A stretch of DNA of 64,000 nucleotides from Eledone cirrhosa (Eukaryota): NCBI GenBank assembly GCA_964016885.1, contig OZ024740.1, forward strand, positions 188,728,001 through 188,792,000, read 5' to 3'. Under the pieces are notes generated by a model, which was not told the origin of the DNA, ran no database searches, and saw nothing but the letters and a program-made list of their open reading frames with translations. Position numbers and translations under genes: made by a program. This document shows positions 52,936-64,000 of the stretch, piece by piece; position 1 is the first letter of the stretch, and the number at the start of each line of letters is the position of its first letter.

Positions 52936-54110
52936 ATTTGCTATTTAATATTTTTAAGACTTCGAGCTATATTTCCATGTTTGAAACAAATATTCTAACC
53001 ACTATATTACTATACGACTGTATCATTAGCAAATACGAGTAGTGACAATGCAAGTACTATAGCGCCTGACTACACAAAATATTGGCAAAAGCTCTATCCT
53101 CTTTCTCTTCCTTTCTCCATTGTTTTCCTTATTTTTCATATTTCTTTATCACTTCATCAATTTTTTCACTAACTCTCTCCTTCTCCTACTCATCTCTTTC
53201 TTCTTCATCTTCTGCAAGATTTAAATTTAATTAGCAAATTTAATAAACAGACGAATTCCCCTGCTAATAATAATATTTAAGATATGCCATAAAATGCCAT
53301 GTGATAGAATTTCCATTGAAGCTTCCAATCATTTAAAATTCCTTCAGGTTGTATTCATTATCTGAAGTTGTTATTAATACACAACTTTAGGTTTAACTAC
53401 ATGCTGCATTATCTTTGAATCCTTATAATAATTTATTGGCTCTAGTTATCTAGAAATTTGGCTCAAATTACTCATGTTGCAACTTTTGTAAAATCTTATA
53501 ATCTCCATTATAGCTATTTAGAAACTTGGCTCAAAATGATTGCAAAAGTGAAAACCTCTCCAACAAAACTTTATAACATCAGTAACATAGCTATTTAGAA
53601 TGTTGGCTCAAATAAAAGAACACCTTAAACTAGAAATCTTTCTTTTCTAAAAATACTCTTTAAAAGCCAAATTGTCAGATAATATTTCCATCTCATAATT
53701 TCTACAGAAATTCAATTTGTTATTAATCGATTAATGCTGCTGATGTGTGAGAAAATTAACAATATAAGACTTTGAGCAATTTATTGCTGGAACATTTTGC
53801 TTCTATTTTATTTTAAACTTTCCAATTATCTTTCTTTACACTATTTTGGTTATTTTCTGTTTATCATTTATTTTATAACTTTGCACTCAAGACAATTGTA
53901 GTATAATCATTAGAACGTAATAAACATCTTGATAACTTTATTTTACTGTTTTCACATATTAGACTGTAGTTATGCTGGGCACCACATGGATTTAGTCATT
54001 CATATCAACCCCTGTATTTATTTTTGCCAATCTTGTACTTAGTGAATTATTTACCTGAACCAATGGGTTTTGGGGCATAAACGCATACAGATACTAGTAT
54101 ACACACACAT

Positions 54111-54274
54111 CATGGGCTTCTGCAGTTTCTGTTTATCAAATACCAGGTACAAGGCATTAGTCAACTCGAGGCTATAGTGGAAGAGACTTGCCCAAGGATT
54201 TACATAGCAAGACCAAACCCCTGATTATATGCTTGCAAAGTAACCTCATTAACCACACAGCCATGCCTGCACCT
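54111..54274 (-). mobile_element. Old tRNA SINE (family C), degenerate
   Basis: Minus strand AGGTGCAGGCATGGCTGTGTGGTTAA...CCTTGGGCAAGTCTCTTCCACTATAGCCTCGAG. Confidence 0.65.
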
Positions 54275-55780
54275 AATAATTTCATTTGCTCCTGATGCGT
54301 TTGGAATGTAGTCATGGAAATTCTATGAGTTCTGTACTATAAATATGATATTAAAATAAGAATGAGAGTAGAGGATAGTATTTAGTTAGGTCTTTTCACA
54401 TTCAAAGTTCAATCCAATCCAATTGATGATGCCTTTCCATTTCAACCACCCCCCTCCTCAAGATTAATGAAATATCTATCAAGTGACTGTACTCTTCTCC
54501 AATATATGTATATAGACTTGTGCCAAATATTATAAACAGGATGAGGAATTGTCAAAAATAGTAGAAATAATTTTAGAATTCTCTTCCCTCCTATTTTCTA
54601 TTAAGGTTAAATATGCATTAAATTTCGCTGATACCAATAATTCAATCCTGTTCCCTTTGGTGTTCTTTTGAAGCTTATGACCTTATGCCAATGTGAGAAA
54701 TCCCAGTTAGAAATAGAATTTCTAAATAACTATTTGGTTTTAATCATGAAGTCATTCTTCTTCAAATATATCTTGTTACACTGTTTACTCTCTTAAAATT
54801 GTAGGTCTTCATATAAATATATTTATATATTAAAAAACTATTGTCACACTGTGACTATCATGCTCTTTAAGTTTATATTTATGTGTGTGTGTATATAAAG
54901 GGAGGTATGTAATTCGAAGGATGCAGAAATGCAAAAAGTGTGGCCCGACTTAAGATAAAAGAAGGCGATATTTTGCTCTGTTTTACCTGTTCTTTATTCA
55001 AATATATCTAAGGTACAATGCTTCAAGCAAACTACAACACTCTCTTATATATATATATTTATATATAGTTAGTTTAGTTCTCTGTTATGAGGATCCAATT
55101 TTTATGGGTATCACCCAGTATATGTATTAACGGGGGAATGTGTATGTACAAAGAAATGTTGCTAGGTGATGTACCAGTTGGAGTGTATCCACCTTGATAG
55201 CTCGATAGAGAATATCACAATTACTGGATTCCTTCGATGGTGTCATAACTAGTTTAAAGTTTAATTAATCATTTATATATAAAGGATAAATATTGTCGAA
55301 AAATCATGGAGACGAAATGTTGATGTTATTCATTGTAATAACTTTGCTCTATGAAATGTGAATTGTTATACAATTGATTACTTCCTACTACCAATAAGTA
55401 TAAAGTAATCAATTGAGTCACAAGATATTATGTAGAATCAAAACACAAGTTAGAATTACTAATAATTATTAATAAATGAATTATTGAACATCAACATATT
55501 TACCTCTATGAAGAAAAAAATGATGATGAAATAAATAATAAAACAATGATTATTCATATTAAAACATAAATTTTAATAATAATAAAAATAATAATTTATT
55601 TGTTTTATATATATGCTCTGTGAAATTATAACACTATTGTGATAGGGATTTACTCATTGGACTAAACTTCGAACTGTTTATTTCTTTTCATGTAGTGGAC
55701 TGTGAAATTCTAAGCCTTGATCATATATTGTATTCTCAACTTATCTGAACTTAATTGTATATATATAAATTCAGTTTTAT

Positions 55781-55968
55781 ACAATGACATTTCACTTTAA
55801 AATGCTTTTATTGAATATTGACAGTTATATGTGTTTCACAAATGATTGGCTGAAGATATATATAGATGTTATAGACCTCACTCCAGCGTAAATCTCGAGC
55901 CAATCATCTGTGAAACTTATGTAATTGTTGATATTCAATAAAAGCATTTTAAATTAAAACGCCATTGT
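55781..55968. repeat. Imperfect inverted repeat (arms ~75 bp)
   Basis: TTTAAAATGCTTTTATTGAATAT...GTTTCACAAATGATTGGCT vs AGCCAATCATCTGTGAAAC...ATATTCAATAAAAGCATTTTAAA. Confidence 0.85.
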
Positions 55969-56044
55969 GTCAAACTTAATATTTAGCAATGTGTTCTCAC
56001 ATTCGTAACACCTTCAGTAATCAATAGAATTGACTTAATATCCT

Positions 56045-56168
<124 letters not shown>

Positions 56169-56239
56169 TTGTTCATTCATTTTAACAACAATTCATTTTC
56201 TGCAAGACTAATGTATATATGTATGTGTTTATATATAAA

Positions 56240-56280
<41 letters not shown>

Positions 56281-56677
56281 TAGTTAATATATATATATGT
56301 GTGTCTGTGAGTGTGAAATATTAATTAATACACAAACTTATTCAAATGTTATACTCCATAAGAAAGTAGAAAAATATATTTTGCATACTATATGTTAATT
56401 TTATAACAAAGAAGTAAGAACTGTTTTGAAATGTTTCATCAATGATGTCTTATTTTTATAATATTGCTTTCTTAAGAACTTTATTGCAGCCTTGCTGTTC
56501 AATATACAGAATACACCATAGAAGAAACCTACATCATAAATAGAGATAAAACATCAGGGTGTAATTTTATATATTTAAGATAGTCTTTTGATGAACAGAT
56601 ATTAGCTGGTTTGCACTCACTATATGCACAGAACTATTAAATCAAAGATGGCCTGGACAGGCTGAAACCTATGAATG

Positions 56678-56678
<1 letters not shown>

Positions 56679-56745
<67 letters not shown>
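56679..56745. repeat. (TA)n(TG)n compound microsatellite
   Basis: Direct inspection. Confidence 0.95.
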
Positions 56746-56746
<1 letters not shown>

Positions 56747-56889
56747 AGTAGATATGGCTACATGTGTATATATATAGCAGCAGCCATAGTAACAATCTTT
56801 GTCATCATTCTTTGAACTACATGATGATGGTGGTTGTGGCACTACTACTACTACTACTAATAATAATAATAATAGTAATAATAATTTAG

Positions 56890-57325
56890 GATATAGATGG
56901 ACAACAAATTAGAACACAATGGGCCTGACCTGGTGGTCTTGGACAAGGAAAACAGATCGTGCCTGATTGCAGATGTAGCCTGTCCATTTGACATGAGAGT
57001 GCAAGAAAAGGAGAGGGAGAAAATTAACCGATACCAGGATTTAAAGTTTGAGTTAAAAAGGATTTGGAACTGCCATGAGGTCAAAGTGGTCCCGATTGTC
57101 ATAGGTACACTAGGTACTATCTCAAAGAGTTTCCAAGGATGGTTAAAGAAGATTAGTCCAGCCCCACTTTTTGGAACACTTCAAAAGGCATGCTTGCTGG
57201 GAACAGCAACAACCCTTCAATACGTCCTGAATATCTGAGGCTGCAGGTAGCAGCTTGATATTCATTTCAACAAACTTTCCAGTTAAATAACATCGATGAC
57301 TCAAAGAATAATGATAATAATAAAT
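56890..57325 (+). mobile_element. Dong/R4-type non-LTR retrotransposon 3' fragment (restriction-like endonuclease domain)
   Basis: ORF 56897-57238: PDLVV...IADVACP...EKINRYQDL...VPIVIGTLG...LQKACLLGTA, the RLE C-terminus; flanked by (TAA)n upstream and a TAA-rich tail. Confidence 0.85.
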
Positions 57326-57720
57326 TAATTCTAGGATAAGCAGAATGTCAGAATTTGAGTTGACTTTAGAATTTGACTGATAATTCATTTCTTTGACTGT
57401 CAAATGAGAAAAGTCCAAATTGATCTCGGCAGGAACATGAATAGAGGGAACAAATATTACTAGGCATTTTGCATGACACTTTAACAAAATAATTCTTTCA
57501 GACACAAGGCTAAATATTTTGAGGGATGCATGCAGTTTTATTAAATCTACTAGTGACTTAATTGGTGCACATTTTCAAGATTATGAAATAATTAAAAGCG
57601 AGATAGCGAGATAGCAACAGTTGATATAAAAACTAACACTCATGAGCAGGGAGCCTCATATCTATTGCATTCTCTCATTTTTCTCTTTACTCACACACAC
57701 ATACACACACACACATACAT

Positions 57721-57757
<37 letters not shown>

Positions 57758-59164
57758 ATTTATATTAAAATTCATACATCTAAAATGCATGTACAACCTT
57801 AGGTCTCATCAGGCAAAAGGACAAATTTCACCTTGCATTTGATGAGAGAGAGAGGTCAGTTTTAGTATGGCTACTCCACTATACAAAGGAGGTTATAACT
57901 GGACCCCGATACCTAAGGTCGAACATATATCTTAATGTATTAACTTTAGTATAAACTAAATAAACTCTTTTGTACTAGATTGATCATCTTTTCCTTTGCC
58001 TTTTTATCTACATATATTTGGCATACATACATTATAAATGGTGTTGGTATGATGATTAATTTAAAAAACCAATGAGTAATTCGTATTTTATTATTTAGGA
58101 TATATATTATTTCTGTGTTTTGTAATTTGAGTGGGATTATATCACTATATTATATATACAAATACACAAGCATATATGCAATTTAATGTATGTTTGTATG
58201 TATGCATGCATGTGTGTATGTGTGTATATATATATATATATACATACATAAAGTAGGAGGCACACAAGACAAAAAAAAAATTGAAAATATATACAGTCCC
58301 TTGTGTTCTGTCAACTTCAAGTTTCAAAACATTAAAGTTGAGACTGTTTGTGTCTATTTTTAGATAGGTGTTAAAAAGACCCACGTTTGTAAGACCATAT
58401 TGAATAGGAATAAATAAAAAAGAAGGCCTACAAGACAACAAAGAAAAAATAGAAAGCCCCTTTTCTTCAGTCAACATAAATATATATATACATATATATA
58501 TTTTTATATATATATACACATACACATGTGGATGGAGGAGTGTTGGTGTTAACATACCATCAAAATTTATCTTAAAGATCAAGGAAACGTCTTGCATGGT
58601 ATAATTTTGTTTCTTGTCTGTTTAGAATTTTCTTGGAGCAAACTCAACTTTCTGGTGAGAAAGAGGAGTTTAAAACTTAATATTTTATTTCAGACATCTA
58701 TATTAACCATATTATTGTAACAGAAATATTTCTTGTAAATAACACCAGTTTACTGTCCAGAATACTAGTTCTCTTAATATAAGATATATTTGTTCTAAAA
58801 ACCTATTAAATGATTTCTATATAACGTTTCTTGCAAAGCATTAGTTGAATAAACATAATAAATATTAAACGAAATTCTTATTGGTAAAATGTAACTCATA
58901 ATATGTGATGTAAATTTCATGTTAAACCAATGGATGGTGGACTGGTTTTATCTGAATGCTTGGTGCATATATATAATTTTAATATCATTAAGACATTCTA
59001 ACTGAATGCTCATATCAGAAAAATATTCCTTTTTAGTAAAGTTGTTTGCCAAACGTCTTAACTCAACTATAAATATAGAACATTATAGAACTCTAAATCA
59101 TTGCTGTGTGTTTGTGATATGATATTAATGGAATAAAATAGATGATATTGAATTTGTACACTTC

Positions 59165-59368
59165 GGGCGTATCGAGGAAACCTACCTTAATAAGATAATC
59201 TATCACATATGCAGTGACTGCAATAAAGCACACAAATGCAAAACAATCAAATGTAACATTGCAATTGTTCTGTTCAACCTCTCATAAACATAAAATGAAA
59301 GTTTGAAATATCTTTTAATATTCCAAAATTTATTAATCAGAGGAAGTCATCTCAGCCTGGATACGCCC
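59165..59368. mobile_element. Possible short MITE relic
   Basis: GC-rich 13-bp inverted repeat GGGCGTATCGAGG / CCTGGATACGCCC (one mismatch) in AT-rich surroundings; no TSD identified. Confidence 0.4.
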
Positions 59369-60305
59369 TCTGATTGTTTATCTTTTTAATTAAATCTTAG
59401 CTGTAAATTTGATTCTATTTCATATCATAGATATGTGTAGCCCAATTCAGTGTTATTTCATTATTTTACATGTGAGGTACCAGATCGGAACAAAGTGTCC
59501 TATTGAAGTGGCAGATGGATTATCCACAGACACTAGGACCAATCCAAGGTGAAATTATTCTTCACTGTTAATCCAATGTTCATTAAAAAAATGAAACCTT
59601 CATTCTCAAAATTCTACCCTAACTGTCATTTGTGCCTATCATCACTACCAATACCACCCCAACAAGCACCATCCTCATCCTACCCCATGAAAATTACATT
59701 ATTATTTATAATACATGATTTTTCAAAATGTTTCTTAAATTAGTAGTCCAAACTGATATTTGAGTTTAAAATGTAATTAATTTGAGTAGATATTAATTTA
59801 CTGAGATATTTTGCTCTAAGATAAATAGCAGTGTGCAAATCTTTAGATTTGCTATCAAAACATACTTGTTATTTGTTATTCAGGAAATAATGATGTTGTA
59901 AAACTACTTACCTAATAAAAATGTGTATATTTGAAAAATATCAGAATGGACACGTTTACATATGAATTTTACTAAATATTAAAAAAAAGTAGTTGGAAAA
60001 AGATATAATATTGTCATACATATAGAAAAAAGGTTAAACTTTTTTTTCTATTTTATTCCAGTTTTTCTAAAAAATAAGTGTATCTTCCATTTTAACTTAC
60101 AGTTCCATTATTTTCACTCTAAATGTCTGAATTTAGAATTACTGATAAGATCTTATAGACTGAAAAAATGTAGATACTATTTACAGTTCTATATTTAGTA
60201 TGATGAATCATTATTAGAGAAGTGAAAATTGAGTGGACTATTAATCATATAGTTTGTGGTTTATCTACATTATTTCAATTAACATATGTCTTAATTTTAT
60301 TCAGG

Positions 60306-60342
<37 letters not shown>

Positions 60343-63300
60343 TCTGTGGTAGGAAATGAATTTAGAAACTGATTGTGGTTTAGCATTTTATTTCTGTTTT
60401 TATCTCACATTCAAGACAAACATTGAAAATGAAGCTAATAGTCCAGGCAATCTTTACTACTCTAAATATTATTTTCATGTTTCTAAGTTTCAAATTTCTT
60501 ATAGCTTTAACCAGTTCAGTGTCATTTTCTTCATTATTGAGTTATGTTTTGAAATCTACTCCCATCATGGATGATTGTATCCACCTTTTTATCCAGTGTT
60601 ATTATCCCTTAAATTATTGTTATCCAATATTTAGTCTTAGGAATATCTTTTGCCAAACTCCTAAAAAGCATGTATGTTCAATTTTTCTAAGTACATGTTA
60701 ACATAAGTCACATTATATTTATAACCAAACATGGAATTATTAGGTGCCAGAGTGATTAAATCTAATAGCAGTTAACATATCTAGAATGCAAACACTAACC
60801 ACCTACAGAGAAAAGAAATGTCACAAACATAACTTTATTGATAAAAATCTTGCAATTAATTTTGTCAGTGATTTTATGCTTACCCTCTCAAACTTTCAGC
60901 TACAAACTTTACATAGTCAAAACTATAAAAGAAAGATTAATTATAATTTTCAGAATCAATAGTAATAATCCTTTATAAAGCTGAAATACACCTAAACATA
61001 TAGTGTTTAATTTAGAAATGGTACATCCTCAACAATTGACAAAAATATTCATTGACAAACCCACTATTAGGAACTGTCTATCGTGGTCTACAATTTGTTT
61101 TATCTGCTCCTTACATATGCTAATACTGAATTAGTTATGATCATAAATATGTTTCATATATATTTTCTTACTAATTAGGGAACTTCTATGTGCCACCAAA
61201 TAGCCACCAAATCTCTCCAAATCAGGCTATACTGTTTTATAAAGAATGATAAAATATTAGACAGTGCCTGAAGTTAAAATGCATTGGTATGATTCATATG
61301 GTGTGTCTGTGATCATAGGTCTGCTTCTTGAAGGCTCTCCTAAACAACAACCTAACACTTTTCTTTGTATTTCTTTTCACAATATATAGTTATTAAACTA
61401 AACTAATTAAGTTCTTAAACTCAAATAACTTTAGTTTGAGAACTACTCTAGATTTTAGCTGTTAAAATTTAATAATTATTGTTTAGTTATTAAAATTACT
61501 AACCAATGTGATATTTTGTCTCTGTAGAGAATTAAATTTCTACCACCTCGAGCTAAGGATATAACAATACACCTGACGAATATATGTTTATGTTAGATTT
61601 ATTTTCATTTGGTATCTAAGCGAACTTTGAAAAAGTTACCTGACATTGAACTGGTTAAAGAAAAAAATACCTTAAAATCTTTTCAATTTGCAAAATATTT
61701 GTATGTGAAATATTTGAAAATGTTATGAATAAATTTTAAATTACAGGTGCATTTGTAATTTCTGTAGTTATAAATGTCTGCTGTAAGACAAGTAAATTAT
61801 ATAGAATCATGAAGATACTTGCATCAATTTATGTATTTTCTGAATTTCTGTATACTAAATCATGTGAATCAAGTATTAGTAAACAATGAATGTGTACTCT
61901 GATAAATATACATTTGTACAAAATTCCTCTGTTAAGTAGATCGTCTTGACAGACTCATTATTATATATGATGTGCAACTAAGTGTGAACTAAATACTATA
62001 TATTGAGGGGAAAGCCATAAAAACATACCAACAGTTATTTTAAATTTCAAGCCAAAATGGACATCCAACCAGCTAGAATTAGCTGCTAAATCTCTTTCAA
62101 ATCATATTCTCCAATCTCAAAAAAGAGGGATGATTTGTATAATATAATTCTTGATATATTACATATAAGAAAAAGAAAGAAGGATCATATGAGTGATATC
62201 TTTGATCATAGAGCTGCTTCAACCAGGTTGGTCTAGGGATAAACCACAACAACCTTTTATGTTCAAATATTAATACCATTATTTGAAAGAAAATTAAATA
62301 ATGTTAAACACCTATTCTTGAGAATAGCGTCTGTTTTGTTTTTTCTGTCTCTTGGTTCTTTAATTGTCTTGAAATAATTCTGGGTTTATAAGACCATTGG
62401 TTTCAATCAAATTCCAACAAGCTTTCTTTATCATTTAAATTCTTTTATGGTCTATTAAATCTCTCAAATTTCTCACCTTATATCCTGTATTTTTTTCTGT
62501 ATTATATACAATTGAGTTTCAAAATAATACCTATCCCATTCATAAAATCCGAGCTGCCAACTTTCTTAGCAGAGTTCTATTGGTGTAACCCCTTTTTGTT
62601 ATTCTTTTCATGAAACATTGTCAAGAGCCTTTTGTTTCGTTCATATTCAGATATGTTACATTTAGCTGCCAATGCTTTGAGTGAATGGAGTAAGTAGTTT
62701 CCAAAAACTTTCATTCTTAGGGTGCCACATGTCATCTTATATGATATAGTAGGTCACTGTACCTAACATATATTTACCTAACATATATTGACCAATATGG
62801 CTAGGGTGATGTTGAGCTTCATTCAGTTATAGGTCGTCAGATTAGAATTGACAATTCTAAACAATAGATACAGAATTTACTATAGCTGTTTTGAGATCAT
62901 TGATTTTCTTCTCTCTAGATATTCTTTGAAATCTAATATCATATGGAGTTTATTGGTGTAACAATAACAATAACAAAAAATAGTTACAATGGAAATAGTT
63001 AGAATGTAAAAAATTTTGAAAACTTTTCAATTACTGAGATGAAAAATATAACTAAATCTCCATGATGTGTTTTCATCTAACGGGTGTTAAGTTATAGATA
63101 TTAAAGTTACATAAAGTTATTGTATGGCTACGTTATCATATGACTATGATATTAGATTTGCTTGTTTAGCAATTAGTATGTGATGTATAAAGCTATGATT
63201 TAGAGGTCACTATAGCATATATTAGATGTTATAACTGAATATGTCTTCATCAAACCAAGTAAGAAAAAAACCTTCCTTCGGGCCAGGCTTAAGCAAATTC

Positions 63301-63508
63301 TTACTCTAAAGATGAAACTTAGTTTAACTTAGATAATCATAATCATCACCACCATCAATATATATGTTATCTCATCCTTATTGTATGCAAATAATTAAGA
63401 GTGATACATTAGTTACTGCCACCTGATATATGCAAACCTTGCAACATTGGTAACCTGATTTTATAGTAGCTACTAGCTTTTTACAGGGGCCATAAGCATT
63501 GGTTTTGG

Positions 63509-63586
63509 ATATATATATTTATATATATATATATATAATGTATATATACATATATAAATATATACATACAAACACACATTCAAATG

Positions 63587-63665
<79 letters not shown>

Positions 63666-63680
63666 ATATATGTATATATG

Positions 63681-63713
<33 letters not shown>

Positions 63714-63722
63714 GTATATATG

Positions 63723-63755
<33 letters not shown>

Positions 63756-63758
63756 GTA

Positions 63759-63821
<63 letters not shown>

Positions 63822-63840
63822 GTGTATATATATATATGTA

Positions 63841-63889
<49 letters not shown>

Positions 63890-63916
63890 GTATATATATA
63901 TGTATATATATATATG

Positions 63917-63963
<47 letters not shown>

Positions 63964-64000
63964 ATATATATATATGTATATATGTATATATATATATATG
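63509..64000. repeat. Long (TA)n/(TATG)n microsatellite running off the window
   Basis: Direct inspection. Confidence 0.97.

Noticed and set aside
56890-57325. Dong element as the mobilising partner of SINE family A
   Set aside because: 3' ends are dissimilar, and the tails are (TAA)n versus (ATT)n, i.e. opposite strands of the repeat
62300-62830. Possible decayed transposase on the minus strand
   Set aside because: No motif or terminal repeat I could verify by eye

Overview
AT-rich, microsatellite-laden eukaryotic DNA that reads as the intronic landscape of one very large gene. The repeat types (CORE-type tRNA SINEs, RTE LINEs with (GAT)n tails, TA/CA microsatellites) point to a mollusc, probably an octopod cephalopod; this is inference from remembered repeat consensi. 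I can support only one host coding exon, 26795-27008 (+), a 214-nt exon encoding the N-terminal half of a CUB domain. The rest is repeats. These include a young tRNA-derived SINE with an (ATT)n tail (at least 13 recognisable copies, several with 14-17 bp TSDs), CORE-SINEs with RTE-derived tails, and two ~2.2 kb 5'-truncated RTE LINEs with a PHD-type finger inside ORF2. There is also a Dong/R4-type RLE fragment in a TAA repeat, a non-autonomous Helitron, a pogo/Tigger relic, a solo LTR nested in a SINE, a local tandem duplication and several long fold-back inverted repeats. Two features stand out. One SINE copy (50530-50680) has about half of its Ts converted to C on one strand only, a genomic imprint consistent with ADAR-type A-to-I or Pol-eta-type mutagenesis. 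Two hammerhead-ribozyme-like cores on the minus strand bracket a near-perfect 73-bp hairpin (51281-51570). Nearly all ORFs in the supplied track are chance or microsatellite ORFs. All alignments and counts were done by eye.
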